This document shows, piece by piece, positions 27,573 through 38,223 of a DNA stretch of 64,000 nt (position 1 is its first letter; each line of letters begins with the position of its first letter). The DNA is from Desulfomicrobium sp. (GTDB lineage Bacteria > Desulfobacterota > Desulfovibrionia > Desulfovibrionales > Desulfomicrobiaceae): positions 256,001-320,000 of the forward strand of contig JAXGMI010000001.1 in the NCBI GenBank assembly GCA_040768745.1, in the 5' to 3' direction. A program made the position numbers and the translations under genes. The notes beneath the pieces are model-generated. The model saw nothing but the letters and a program-made list of their open reading frames with translations. It was not told the origin of the DNA and searched no databases.

Positions 27573-29224
27573 AAGCCAGAACCTTCGTTCTCGAAAAGCT
27601 GGGCGCCCTGCTGGCGTCCAGGGGGCTGGAGCTCCCGGCCAAGACCACCGTCGAGACCCCCAAAAGTGGGCAGCACGGGGACATGGCCACCAACATCGCC
27701 CTGGTCCTGCCCCGGGAGAAGGGGCAGAACCCCCGGGCCGTGGCCGAGGAGATCAGGACCGGACTCGCGGCCATGTGCCCCGAGGTGGAGCGCATCGAAA
27801 TCGCCGGCCCGGGCTTCATCAACTTCACCTTCACCCCTGCCTTCTGGCAATCCGTGGCCCTGGAGGCCCTGGCCCAGGGGCCCGACTTCGGCCGGGTCGA
27901 TGTCGGCAAGGGACGCCGGGTGCAGGTCGAGTACGTCTCGGCCAACCCCACCGGACCCCTGCACATCGGCCATGGCCGCGGCGCGGCCGTGGGCGACAGC
28001 CTGACCCGCATCCTGCGCTTCACCGGCCACGAGGTGGAGACCGAGTACTACCTGAACGACGCCGGCCGGCAGATGCGCCTGCTGGGCCTGGCCGTGTGGG
28101 TCCGCTACCAGCAGGCCTGCGGCCTGGACATCCCCTTTCCCGAGGACTGCTACCGGGGCGAGTACATCAAGGACATCTCCGCCGCCCTGCTGGCCGAGCG
28201 GGGCAGGACCCTCCTGGACCTGCCCGAGGACGAGGCCCTGGACCTCTGCTACGAGCGGGGCATGCGGGACATCCTGGGCGGGATCCAGGAGGACCTCCGG
28301 AATTTCCGGGTCGAACACCAGCACTGGTTCTCGGAAAAGAGCCTGGTGGACGGCGGGCAGGTGACCGCCACCCTGAACCGCCTGCTGGACCAGGGCCGGG
28401 CCTACGAGAAGGACGGGGCCCTGTGGTTCAGGTCCACGGACTACGGCGACGACAAGGACCGGGTCCTGCGCAAGTCAGACGGCCTGCTGACCTATTTCGC
28501 CTCGGACATCGCCTACCACGACAACAAGATCGCCCGCGGCTTCGACATGATGGTGGACATCTGGGGCGCGGACCATCACGGCTACGTGCCGCGCATGAAG
28601 GCGGCCATGGAGGCCCTGGGCAAGGACCGCGAGTCCCTGCAGGTCATCCTGGTCCAGCTCGTGAACCTGATCCAGGGCGGGGAGCAGATCGCCATGTCCA
28701 CCCGGGCCGGCAAGTTCGAGACCCTGGCCGACGTCTGCGCCGAGGTCGGGGTGGATGCGGCCCGCTTCATCTTCCTGTCCCGCAAGAGCGACGCCCACCT
28801 GGATTTCGACCTGGACGCGGTCAAGCAGCAGTCCATGGAAAACCCTGTCTACTACGTGCAGTACGCCCACGCCCGCATCTGCTCCCTGATGCGCAAGGCC
28901 CGGGAGCAGGGCGTCAGCCTGCCCGCCCCGGGCATGGGCCTCATGGCCCTCCTGAACACGCCCGAGGACAAGGCCCTGTGCACGTGCCTGGACGCATTCG
29001 CCGACACGGTGGAGCTGGCCACGCGGACCCTTTCGCCGCACCATGTCAGCTACTACCTGCAGGAACTGGCCGGCCTCCTGCACCGCTACTACACGGTGCA
29101 CCACATCCTGTCCGGGGAAAACCAGGACCTGCTGCTGGCCCGCATCCTGCTCTTCTCGGCCGTGGCCGGGGTGCTCAGAACGGGCCTCGACCTCCTGGGA
29201 GTCGCCGCCCCCGAGCGCATGTAA
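27569..29224 (+). CDS. argS: Arginine--tRNA ligase
   Basis: AGPGFIN, SANPTGPLHIGH, GADHHGY, MSTR, YVQYAHAR, APERM. Confidence 0.96.
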   Translation: MKARTFVLEKLGALLASRGLELPAKTTVETPKSGQHGDMATNIALVLPREKGQNPRAVAEEIRTGLAAMCPEVERIEIAGPGFINFTFTPAFWQSVALEALAQGPDFGRVDVGKGRRVQVEYVSANPTGPLHIGHGRGAAVGDSLTRILRFTGHEVETEYYLNDAGRQMRLLGLAVWVRYQQACGLDIPFPEDCYRGEYIKDISAALLAERGRTLLDLPEDEALDLCYERGMRDILGGIQEDLRNFRVEHQHWFSEKSLVDGGQVTATLNRLLDQGRAYEKDGALWFRSTDYGDDKDRVLRKSDGLLTYFASDIAYHDNKIARGFDMMVDIWGADHHGYVPRMKAAMEALGKDRESLQVILVQLVNLIQGGEQIAMSTRAGKFETLADVCAEVGVDAARFIFLSRKSDAHLDFDLDAVKQQSMENPVYYVQYAHARICSLMRKAREQGVSLPAPGMGLMALLNTPEDKALCTCLDAFADTVELATRTLSPHHVSYYLQELAGLLHRYYTVHHILSGENQDLLLARILLFSAVAGVLRTGLDLLGVAAPERM

Positions 29225-29250
29225 CCCCTTCGTACGGGACGCGTGAAGCC

Positions 29251-29937
29251 ATGGTCACCCGCAAGTCGCACACCACCAAGAACGAGAAGAGCAGATTCAG
29301 CTTCCACCTCGGGCTGTCCGGCTTTTTGTCGCTGGCCGTGCTGGTCGTCATCGGCATGGCCTGGTCCTTCATCCTCGGTGTCATCGTGGGCCGGGGGCAC
29401 CAGCCTGAAAAGATGGCCCTGGAGATGGCCCAGAAGGTCCTGCCCGAGAACATTCCCCTCCTGACCGAGAAGAACGAGGAGGTGCTCAAGGCCGAGGAAC
29501 TGGAATTCTTCGACAAGCTGAAGCAGGGCCCCAGCTCCGTGGCGGCGGCCCCGCCCGCCCCGGCCAGGCCGGCACAGCCGCCCAAGCCCCAGGCCGCCCC
29601 GCCCGCGGCCAAGCCCGTCGCGGCCCAGGCTGCGGCGCCGGCAGCCGCCCCGCCCGCCCCCGCGCCTGCCCCGCTGGCCACTGCCAAGGACGAGGTTTTC
29701 GTCTTCAATTATCAGGTGGCGGCCCTGGCCTCCATGGACCAGGCCCAGACCTTCCTGAAGAAGCTCGAACCCGGCGGGTTCAAGACCTCGGTGGTCACCG
29801 CCTCCCACGAGGGCAAGACCTGGTACCGGATCTACGTCCACCATCAGGGTACGGTGGAATCGGCCACCGCCCTCAAGGAAAAACTCAAAGGGAGCGGGAT
29901 CAACAATGTCCTGCTGCGCTCCCGCACCCCCCTCTAA
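29251..29937 (+). CDS. SPOR domain protein (FtsN/DedD-like)
   Basis: TM, Pro/Ala linker, YQVAAL...WYRIYV; follows argS. Confidence 0.8.
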   Translation: MVTRKSHTTKNEKSRFSFHLGLSGFLSLAVLVVIGMAWSFILGVIVGRGHQPEKMALEMAQKVLPENIPLLTEKNEEVLKAEELEFFDKLKQGPSSVAAAPPAPARPAQPPKPQAAPPAAKPVAAQAAAPAAAPPAPAPAPLATAKDEVFVFNYQVAALASMDQAQTFLKKLEPGGFKTSVVTASHEGKTWYRIYVHHQGTVESATALKEKLKGSGINNVLLRSRTPL

Positions 29938-29969
29938 GCCTGGGGCCAGCCCCTTGACGGAGACCGCCC

Positions 29970-30851
29970 ATGCAGCGCGAATTCTTTGACCTCGGCCCGG
30001 CCCAGGGCAGAAACATCCTGGTCCTGTCCGTGCCCTACGAGGGAACGGTCAGCTTCGGCACCGGCACCCGCCTCGGGCCCGAGGCCCTGTACCGGGCCAG
30101 CGTGCAGATCGAGTCCTACGATGCGGAACTGGACCTGGACCTGGCCGATCTGGCCCACTTCACCTCCCTTCCCCCCCTGCACCTGCCGGTTAGCGGCCCG
30201 GAAGGGGTGCACCGGGCGGTCAGAGAGAGTCTGCAGGACCTCGACCCCGCCCGGGATTTCGTGCTGACCCTTGGGGGTGACCACTCCGTGCCCCTGCCCC
30301 TGTTCGAGTTCTACCAGGCCGCGCATCCGGACATGGCGATCCTGCACATCGACGCCCACGCGGACATGCGCCCCTCCTACGAGGACAGCCCCTATTCCCA
30401 TGCCTGCATCATGGCCCAGGCCCGCCAGATGGGCATCCCCCTGGCCCAGGTCGGCATCCGCTCCCTGTGCCGGGAGCAGCGCCAGTTCATGCTCGCCCAG
30501 AGCCCTGCGGAACTGCTGACCCTCTTCGCCTGGAACCTGCCCGTCCCCGCCGAGGCGGCCGCACAGGTCCGGGCGTTCCTGGGCCGGCGGCCCCTGTACA
30601 TCTCCTTCGACGTGGACGGCATGGACCCGGGCGTCATCCCCGGCACGGGCACCCCGGAGCCGGGCGGCATCCCCTTTGCCTGGATGGCCCGCTTCTGGGC
30701 AGAGCTGTGGGCCCGCGGCGACGGACCGGAACTCCTCGGCATGGACCTGTGCGAACTGGCCCCCGTGCACGGCTCCCAGGTATCCGAAACCGCGGCGGTC
30801 AAGCTCCTGCAGCGCATCCTTGTCGCCTGGCTCGGATCCAGCCCGGCATGA
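29970..30851 (+). CDS. speB: Agmatinase (ureohydrolase family)
   Basis: GGDHS, DAHAD, SFDVDGMDP, PGTGTPEPGG. Confidence 0.88.
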   Translation: MQREFFDLGPAQGRNILVLSVPYEGTVSFGTGTRLGPEALYRASVQIESYDAELDLDLADLAHFTSLPPLHLPVSGPEGVHRAVRESLQDLDPARDFVLTLGGDHSVPLPLFEFYQAAHPDMAILHIDAHADMRPSYEDSPYSHACIMAQARQMGIPLAQVGIRSLCREQRQFMLAQSPAELLTLFAWNLPVPAEAAAQVRAFLGRRPLYISFDVDGMDPGVIPGTGTPEPGGIPFAWMARFWAELWARGDGPELLGMDLCELAPVHGSQVSETAAVKLLQRILVAWLGSSPA

Positions 30852-32008
30852 GCGGGCTGCTGGCGGTCCGCATCGAGAAACTGCTCTGGCGCGGCCGGGG
30901 GCTGGCCCGCCTGGACTCCGGGCAGGTGGTCATGGTCGGGCCCGGCGTACTCCCCGGGGAAGAGGTGACCGCCCGGGTCTCCAAACAGGCCAGGGACTAC
31001 CTGCAGGCCGAGGCCGTGGACATCCTGGCCCCCTCCCCCCTGCGCACAGCCCACCCCTGCCCCCACTCCCCCGAGTGCGGCGGCTCGCGCTTCGGCATGG
31101 TCTCACCACTGGACGGCATCCGGCTCAAGGCCGACATGCTCCGCGACGCCCTGCCACGCGCCCTGGGCCGCGACCACGCCTCCCGCCTGCCCGAGCCGCG
31201 GATCCTGCCCAGTCCCGAGGACTGGCGCTACCGCTGGCGGGGACAGATCCATGTCCAAGACGGCCGGCCCCACGCCATGGCCCACGCCTCCAACGACCTC
31301 GTCCCCCTGACGGACTGCCTGCTCCTGGCCCAACCCCTGGCCCAGGCCATGCCGGCCCTGGCCGCCGGCCTGCCCGACGGCCGCTTCACCATCGCGGCCA
31401 GCCCGGACAGCGGCCAGGCCCTGAGTGAGCTGGACCAGGGCCTGCTCCCCTTTTCCCTGCCCGACTTCGGCCTGACCCTGCACCTCCCTCCAAGCACCTT
31501 CTTCCAGGCCAACTGGGTCCTCAATCAGGTCCTGGTCCGCGTGGTCGTCGGGGCGGTCTCCGGGTACGGCCGCATTGCCGACCTCTTCTCCGGGGCCGGC
31601 AACTTCGCCCTGCCCCTGGCCAGCACCGGGGCGAAGGTCCTGGCCGTGGAGGGCTCGGCTTCGGCCGTAAACACGGGCGCGGATAACGCCAGGCGGCTCG
31701 GCCTGACCTCGGTCCGCTTCCAGGGAGGGGACCTGTCCAGACCCGCGGCCTGGCGGCAGGTCGGAGAATTCTCCCCTGACGCAGCGGTCCTGGACCCGCC
31801 GCGCACCGGGGCCAAAGGCATCGGCCAGACCCTGCTGGGCATGAGGTCCCTGCGTCGCCTGGCCTGGGTGTCCTGCGACGTGGTCAATACCCTCCGCGAT
31901 GCCCGTCCCCTGCTCGACGCGGGGTGGCGCGTGTCCGACATGGCCCTGTTCGACATGTTCCCGGGCACCTGGCACATGGAGGTGCTGCTGATCCTGGACC
32001 GGCCGTGA
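30848..32008 (+). CDS. RlmD/TrmA-family RNA m5U methyltransferase
   Basis: TRAM domain, CPH..ECGG, FFQAN, DLFSGAGNF, DPPRTG, SCD, DMFPGTWHME. Confidence 0.88.
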   Translation: MSGLLAVRIEKLLWRGRGLARLDSGQVVMVGPGVLPGEEVTARVSKQARDYLQAEAVDILAPSPLRTAHPCPHSPECGGSRFGMVSPLDGIRLKADMLRDALPRALGRDHASRLPEPRILPSPEDWRYRWRGQIHVQDGRPHAMAHASNDLVPLTDCLLLAQPLAQAMPALAAGLPDGRFTIAASPDSGQALSELDQGLLPFSLPDFGLTLHLPPSTFFQANWVLNQVLVRVVVGAVSGYGRIADLFSGAGNFALPLASTGAKVLAVEGSASAVNTGADNARRLGLTSVRFQGGDLSRPAAWRQVGEFSPDAAVLDPPRTGAKGIGQTLLGMRSLRRLAWVSCDVVNTLRDARPLLDAGWRVSDMALFDMFPGTWHMEVLLILDRP

Positions 32009-32353
32009 CAGGCTGCCCGTAAACGGCGATCTGCTCCGTCACTGCGGAGAATCCAGACCCTCACGCATGTTTCCATATGCTTCGGGCCTGGATTTTCTTT
32101 GTTCCTCGCATTTCACCATTTCTGAACACCCTGGACCCCTGTGATATTTTCCAGTCAGACAAACTTGCAGTTTGAGCCGGAAGACGCCCCTTGACCCGAG
32201 TCCGCAGCGCAACCGTCGTTTGGTGAATGCACGTTGAGCCGCATCCGAAAATCCTGGGGTAAACCCGTAGGCCGGCCGGGAAGTCTGAGGGTTGCGCCTG
32301 AACGCGAGGGACTGTAGGAATTTCGATGCACTTCTACACCTGACGGGGGGAAC

Positions 32354-34159
32354 ATGATTGCAGAGGGGATCAACAGAATCTGGCTCAAGCACTACGACCA
32401 GGAAGTCAGTCCGAACCTGGACTACGAGACCATCCCGCTTTACGAAATCCTCGAACGCTCGGCGGCCAGATTCCCGGACCGCCCGGCCGTCGTCTTCAAC
32501 AACTGGACCGTGAACTACAAGAGGCTCAAGCTCCTGGTGGACCTGGCCAGCGCAAACCTGAAGAAGTCCGGGGTCAGGGCCGGGGACCGGGTGGCCATCA
32601 TGCTGCCCAACTGCCCCCAGACCGTCATCAGCTACTGGGCCTGCCTCAAACTCGGGGCCGTGGTGGTCATGACCAACCCCCTGTACATGGAAAAGGAGCT
32701 GGTCCACCACTTCAACGACTCCGAGGCGAAAACCCTCATCACCCTGAACCTGCTCTGGAAGCGCATCAACGGCCTGCGTGACAAGCTGCGCCTGAAGCGC
32801 ATCTTCGTGACCTCCATCGCCGACTGCCTGGGTTTCCCCCTGAATTTCCTCTACGGCATCAAATCCCGGCGCGAATACAAGCTGGAACCCATCCCCTACG
32901 ACGGGACCACCGTCCTGCCCTGGAAGAGTCTCCTGCCGCGGACGGCCATCGAGGACGCACACCCAGTGGACCCAGCCAAGGACCTGGCCGCCCTGCAGTA
33001 CACCGGCGGGACCACCGGCGTGTCCAAGGGCGTCATGCTGACCCACGCCAACCTTGGCTACAACGCCCAGCAGGCGCGGGCCATCCTGCATACCATCAAG
33101 GATTCGGGCGAGGTCATGCTGGGCCTCCTGCCCTTCTTCCACATCTACGGGCTGACGGTCTGCGTCAATTTCGGGACCATGATCGGCGCCACCCTCGTGC
33201 CCATGGCCAAGTTCGTGCCCCTGGACGTCCTGAAGACCATCGACAAGCGGCGGCCGACCATCTTCCCCTGCGCGCCGTCCATCTTCATCGCCCTGCTGCA
33301 GCAGAAAAACCTCGAAAAGTACGACCTGTCCTCGGTGCGCTATTGCGTGTCGGGCTCCGCGCCCATGCCCGTGCCGGTCATGGAGAAGTTCAACAGCCTG
33401 AGCAGCGGCGCCAACATCGTGGAGGGCTTCGGTCTGACCGAGGCCTCGCCCATCACGCACCTGAACCCCCTGCGCGGGAACAGCAAGAACGGCTCCATTG
33501 GCCTGCCCTTTCCGGACACGGACGCGGCCATCGTGGACATGGAGGTCGGCTCCCTCCCCCTGCCCCCCGGCAAGATCGGCGAACTGGTCGTGCGCGGCCC
33601 CCAGGTCATGCAGGGCTACTGGAACCGCCCCGACGAGACGGCCTCGGTGCTCCGCAACGGCTGGCTCTACACCGGCGACATCGCCTACATGGACGAGGAG
33701 GGGTATTTCTTCATCGTCGACCGCAAGAAAGACCTGATCATCACCGGCGGCTACAATGTCTACCCCCGCGAGATCGACGAGGTCCTGCACGAGCACCCGG
33801 CCATCAAGGAGGCCGTCAGCGTGGGCATCAAGCACCCCACCCGCGGCGAGATCATCAAGGCCTACATCGTGCTGCGGGAGGGCCACAGCCTGACCAAGAC
33901 CGACGTGCTGGCCTTCTGCCGCGAGAAGCTGGCCAACTACAAGGTGCCGAAGCAGGTCGAGTTCCGCGACGACCTGCCCAAGAGCATCGTCGGCAAGGTC
34001 CTGCGCCGCGTCATCCGCGAGGAGGAGGAGCGCAAGGGTCACGACCCCTTCGAGCCGGTCGACGACGCGGACATGAACGGGGACGGGACGGACGCGCCGC
34101 CCAAAAGCGGCAAGCACGACAAGAAAAAGAAACGCGAACGTGCCGGCAACAAGGCTTGA
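32354..34159 (+). CDS. fadD: Long-chain fatty acid--CoA ligase
   Basis: YTGGTTGVSKG, GFGLTE, GPQVMQGYW, TGD, PKSIVGK. Confidence 0.9.
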   Translation: MIAEGINRIWLKHYDQEVSPNLDYETIPLYEILERSAARFPDRPAVVFNNWTVNYKRLKLLVDLASANLKKSGVRAGDRVAIMLPNCPQTVISYWACLKLGAVVVMTNPLYMEKELVHHFNDSEAKTLITLNLLWKRINGLRDKLRLKRIFVTSIADCLGFPLNFLYGIKSRREYKLEPIPYDGTTVLPWKSLLPRTAIEDAHPVDPAKDLAALQYTGGTTGVSKGVMLTHANLGYNAQQARAILHTIKDSGEVMLGLLPFFHIYGLTVCVNFGTMIGATLVPMAKFVPLDVLKTIDKRRPTIFPCAPSIFIALLQQKNLEKYDLSSVRYCVSGSAPMPVPVMEKFNSLSSGANIVEGFGLTEASPITHLNPLRGNSKNGSIGLPFPDTDAAIVDMEVGSLPLPPGKIGELVVRGPQVMQGYWNRPDETASVLRNGWLYTGDIAYMDEEGYFFIVDRKKDLIITGGYNVYPREIDEVLHEHPAIKEAVSVGIKHPTRGEIIKAYIVLREGHSLTKTDVLAFCREKLANYKVPKQVEFRDDLPKSIVGKVLRRVIREEEERKGHDPFEPVDDADMNGDGTDAPPKSGKHDKKKKRERAGNKA

Positions 34160-34193
34160 CACCCCCCCGGCGGGTACTTAATTCAACAGTTCA

Positions 34194-34335
34194 CAAGGGG
34201 AGTAGCCAGCGGCACCGGCAGGACCGGACCGCCCCGAGGTTCGACAGTACGGCGCGTTGCCCGGACCCGGGAATCCGACACGAGTCGAGATCAGCCAGAC
34301 CTTTATCCGCATTTTGCGGGATAAAGGTCTTTTTC
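34194..34335 (+). ncRNA. yybP-ykoY (Mn2+) riboswitch-like leader with overlapping terminator
   Basis: AAGGGGAGTAGC 5' motif, GACAGTAC, CAGACCTTT 3' motif; AGACCTTTATCC...GGATAAAGGTCT-TTTT terminator; TTGACA at 34156. Confidence 0.7.
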
Positions 34336-34363
34336 TTACCCCACGCGCTTCACGGAGGAACTC

Positions 34364-35215
34364 ATGAATCAACTCAAGACCACGTTTCTGCTGACCCTCC
34401 TGACCCTGCTCCTGATCGCCATGGGCAATGCCATGGGCGGGAAATCGGGCATGATGGTCGCTTTTGTCATGGCCGCGGGGATGAACTTTTTCACCTACTG
34501 GTACTCGGACAAGATCGTGCTCAGGATGTACGGGGCCCGCGAGGTGACCAGGCCCGACAGTCCGGACTTCTATGGCCTCGTGGAAGACCTGGCCCGCAAG
34601 GCAAACCTGCCCATGCCCAAGGTCTACGTCATTCCCTCGGACAGCCCCAATGCCTTCGCCACGGGCCGCAACCCTCAGAATGCCGCCGTGGCCGCCACCC
34701 AAGGCATCATGCGCATCCTGTCCAGGGACGAACTGGAAGGGGTCATGGCCCACGAGTTGTCCCACGTCAAGAACCGGGACACGCTCATCTCGACCATTGC
34801 CGCCACCTTTGCCGGGGCCATTTCCATGCTCGGCAACATGCTGCAATGGGCCGCCATGTTCGGTGGCCTGGGTCGCAGCGAGAATGAGGAAGGGGGCGGC
34901 AGCATGCTCGGCGGCCTGGCCATGGCCATCATCGCGCCCATCGCGGCCATGCTCATCCAGATGGCCGTGTCCCGCTCCCGGGAGTTCATGGCCGACGAAA
35001 GCGGGGCCAGGATAAGCGGCAAGCCCAGATCCCTGGCCAGCGCGCTGCAGAAACTGCAGCAGGCTGCAACCATGGCCCCCATGCAGGAGGCCACTCCGGC
35101 CACGTCCCACATGTTCATTGTCAACCCCCTCACGGCCTCGCGCCTGGCCAGCCTCTTCTCCACGCATCCGCCGACCGAAGAGCGCGTCGCCCGTCTCATG
35201 GCCATGGCCGTGTGA
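34364..35215 (+). CDS. htpX: Zinc metalloprotease HtpX
   Basis: [25 protein letters not shown]. Confidence 0.94.
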   Translation: MNQLKTTFLLTLLTLLLIAMGNAMGGKSGMMVAFVMAAGMNFFTYWYSDKIVLRMYGAREVTRPDSPDFYGLVEDLARKANLPMPKVYVIPSDSPNAFATGRNPQNAAVAATQGIMRILSRDELEGVMAHELSHVKNRDTLISTIAATFAGAISMLGNMLQWAAMFGGLGRSENEEGGGSMLGGLAMAIIAPIAAMLIQMAVSRSREFMADESGARISGKPRSLASALQKLQQAATMAPMQEATPATSHMFIVNPLTASRLASLFSTHPPTEERVARLMAMAV

Positions 35216-35480
35216 CGCTGGGGCCAGACCTGCGGCACCCTGGGCGGACACCTCGGCCCCGAACCGGCCCCGGTGTTCACCCGTGTGGCAGGGTCTGAGG
35301 GACGCCGAGGGCGGTGAAAACCGGACCGGTGTGACGGCAAGGCAAGAGGGGGACATCTTTTCGGCACACATTGGCGCGCTTCTTGTATGGCAAGGTCACC
35401 CGGTTTTCCTTGCCCAGGGGCGAAGCCCAACGGATGCGGCCTGTCCAACCCCTTCTTTCATCAACACAGTGTGAGGATCT

Positions 35481-35735
35481 ATGCCAGACAAGCAAACGCC
35501 CCCGCCCCAGATCAGCCCGTACCTCTTCCCGTTCGGCCTGGCATGTTTTGCCGTGTGGTTCTTTTATGACGGCTGGATCACGACCGACGTGGAAATGCAG
35601 AAGCATCTCCTGTTCAACAGGGTCGGAAGCGTCATCTTCACGGTCTGGGCCGTGTTTGATTTCCTGCGCACCAGGCGGAGCGAAAGGGAACGCAAGGCGC
35701 GCCAGCAGGCCGAGGGCGAGACGGCAGGCTCCTGA
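35481..35735 (+). CDS. Small two-TM hypothetical protein
   Basis: GAGG RBS, two hydrophobic segments. Confidence 0.6.
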   Translation: MPDKQTPPPQISPYLFPFGLACFAVWFFYDGWITTDVEMQKHLLFNRVGSVIFTVWAVFDFLRTRRSERERKARQQAEGETAGS

Positions 35736-35758
35736 CCCCCGGCGAGACGCACACCAAG

Positions 35759-36445
35759 ATGCTGACCAACCGACAGCTCGTCCTTCCCTACATCCTCCCG
35801 TACGTGGCGTACGTTGCCCTGGCCTCCCTGCCGGCGGGCATCCTCCCCAGCGAAGTCAACTACGCCCTGCGGCTGGTCGTCGTCAGCGGCCTCCTGCTCT
35901 GGGCCAGACGGTGGTACTGCCCCCTGACGGGCCCGGGGTCGCCTCTTGTCTCCACCCTCTGGGGCATCGGCGCGGGGCTGGCCGGCGCGTGGGTGTGGAT
36001 CGCCCTGCTCAGCCCATTCGTCTCCGCACAGGATGCATCCCCCTGGTCCAGCCTTTCCTTCTGGCTGCGCCTCGCCGCCGCGGGACTGCTTGTTCCCGTT
36101 TTTGAAGAACTTCTCATGCGGGGCTACGTCTTCCGGGTCGCCCTGCAGTGGAACCAGGAGCGCCAGAAAGGGGACGGGTCAGCGCTGCAGACCGCCCTGG
36201 ACGAGCGGTCCATGAACGCGGTGCGGCCTGGGGAGTGGTCCTGGGCAGCCGTCGCCATCTCCACTCTGGTCTTCACCGCCGGCCACAATGTCCCGGAATG
36301 GCCGGCTTCCATCGCCTACGGGCTGCTCATGTCCTTGCTGTGGGTGTACCGCAAGGATCTCCTTTCCTGCATCGCGGCCCATGCGACGACCAACATCGCC
36401 CTGGCCTGCTATGTCCGTGCGACCGGGAGTTGGCATCTCTGGTAA
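35759..36445 (+). CDS. CAAX prenyl protease-related (CPBP) membrane protein
   Basis: PVFEELLMRG, F..GH, AHATTN. Confidence 0.82.
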   Translation: MLTNRQLVLPYILPYVAYVALASLPAGILPSEVNYALRLVVVSGLLLWARRWYCPLTGPGSPLVSTLWGIGAGLAGAWVWIALLSPFVSAQDASPWSSLSFWLRLAAAGLLVPVFEELLMRGYVFRVALQWNQERQKGDGSALQTALDERSMNAVRPGEWSWAAVAISTLVFTAGHNVPEWPASIAYGLLMSLLWVYRKDLLSCIAAHATTNIALACYVRATGSWHLW

Positions 36446-36693
36446 ACGCGCACCCCGCTGGCCCCTCCGTTGGGATCTGCCGTCACCCCGACAAATCATG
36501 ATCTGCCTCCCAGCCCCGCTCTTTTCGCCCAGCATTGTCCATCCCCGTCATGGTTGCACCGCCCCAGGGAGCGCGCGCGGGGATCTGCGCCGGCAGGACG
36601 CTTCCTGCTGGCCCTTTTCCTGCAGATAACCTCCGGGGTCGGAAAAACCTTCCGCCCAGGTCATGGAACCCTTTTCCCGCAGCGGAGGCATTC

Positions 36694-38223
36694 ATGAGCA
36701 TTTCCTCGTCCATCTTCATCGGCACCACCGGGGTCACCGCCCAGCAGGAAAACATGTCGGTCATCTCCGACAATATCGCCAATATGAATACCGTGGGGTT
36801 CAAGTCCTCGCGGCTACTCTTCAACAGCCTTCTCAGCGAGCAGCTGGCAGGGGCCGACGTGGGCCATCAGGTCGGGCAGGGCGTGGGTGTCAGTTCGGTC
36901 TTCACCGACATGGCCTCCGGGGCCATGGAAAAGACCGCCCTCGCCACCGACATCGCCGTCGGCGGCAACGGATTCTTCATTGTCTCCCCGCAAAACTCGG
37001 ACGCGCTGTTCTACACCAGGGCCGGGAACTTCACCTTCGACGCGCAGGGCTATTACCGCGATCCTGCCGGCAATATCGTCCAGGGGTACCGCCTCACGGA
37101 CTCGGGAGCCGCCGGTTCCACCCTGGAGGACATCCGCCTGGACGCCCCGGACGGGAACACGTTCATGTCCGACCCCAGGGCCACATCGGCAATCCGCATG
37201 ATGTTCAACCTCGACTCCTCCGCGCCGGAGACACATTCCGGCTCGACGAGCCCCCTGACAGCCCTTTTCGACGAATGGGACGCCGCGCAGGACCCGCCCC
37301 TTGCACGGGACAGCTATGCCTACACGTCGTCCCTGCGTGTTTACGACTCAGCGGGACAGGCACACAGTCTGACCGCATATTTCGATCCCGCGGGGGTGGA
37401 ATCGACCGGCGCCGACGGCAGGAGGGTCTGGGAGTTCCTGCTGACCACCCCACCCGCAGAGGACGGGTCCGCCCTGAGCACCAAAAAAGGCGTGCTCATG
37501 GCCGGCACTCTGACCTTTGACGCCGTCGGCGCACTCATCGACATGAGTGCCTTCCAAGGCACGACCGACGATAAAAGTTCCTGGGTTCCGGCCAGTTTTT
37601 CCGGGGATGGGCTGCCCGTCATGCGCGCGGCCACCTCCAATGCAGGGGCGTTTACGGCCACCGTGGATTTTGGGCTGCGGAACGGGAGTTCCGGGGCAGG
37701 GAACACGGACTGGATTCTGCCGGAGGAGTTCACTTCCATGGACAATCTGGGCACGACTCTGGGCGGTCTTCCCGGGCTGGCATCCCCCACCGTTGATGCC
37801 CTGGCCACCACCAGCTACAACGCGACGGCGAGCACGATTTTCCAGTCCCAGAACGGATACACCGCAGGATACCTCGAATCCGTCTCCGTGGCCAGTGACG
37901 GGACCATCGTCGGCACGTTCTCCAATGGCCAGGACCTGGGTCTGTTCACCATCCCCCTGGCGGACTTCATCAATGCCCAGGGATTGCTGCGCGAGGGCGG
38001 AAACCTTTTTTCAGCCACCCGGGATTCCGGGGCAGCCATCCTTGGCCTGGCGGGCACAGGGCGGCTGGGGACCATTGCGGGCAGCACCCTGGAGAATTCC
38101 AATGTCGATCTGACCACGGAATTCGTGAACATGATCTCCACCCAGAAGGCCTTTGACGCCAACAGCAAGGTCATCACCACGGCCGATCAGGTCGTGCAGA
38201 CGGCCCTGGGCATGAAGAGGTAG
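36694..38223 (+). CDS. flgE: Flagellar hook protein (paralog)
   Basis: NIANMNTVGFK, YTRAGNF, LENSNVDLTTEFVNMI.TQ.AF.ANSKVITT.D. Confidence 0.9.
   Translation: MSISSSIFIGTTGVTAQQENMSVISDNIANMNTVGFKSSRLLFNSLLSEQLAGADVGHQVGQGVGVSSVFTDMASGAMEKTALATDIAVGGNGFFIVSPQNSDALFYTRAGNFTFDAQGYYRDPAGNIVQGYRLTDSGAAGSTLEDIRLDAPDGNTFMSDPRATSAIRMMFNLDSSAPETHSGSTSPLTALFDEWDAAQDPPLARDSYAYTSSLRVYDSAGQAHSLTAYFDPAGVESTGADGRRVWEFLLTTPPAEDGSALSTKKGVLMAGTLTFDAVGALIDMSAFQGTTDDKSSWVPASFSGDGLPVMRAATSNAGAFTATVDFGLRNGSSGAGNTDWILPEEFTSMDNLGTTLGGLPGLASPTVDALATTSYNATASTIFQSQNGYTAGYLESVSVASDGTIVGTFSNGQDLGLFTIPLADFINAQGLLREGGNLFSATRDSGAAILGLAGTGRLGTIAGSTLENSNVDLTTEFVNMISTQKAFDANSKVITTADQVVQTALGMKR

Noticed and set aside
32150..32340. 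c-di-GMP riboswitch or other ncRNA upstream of fadD
   Set aside because: GGGTAAACCC resembles the motif start but the rest of the consensus was not found
32039..34162. Long antisense ORFs (also 19843-21045, 23930-25132, 42855-44270, 55733-57364)
   Set aside because: Mirror well-supported genes on the other strand; expected in high-GC DNA
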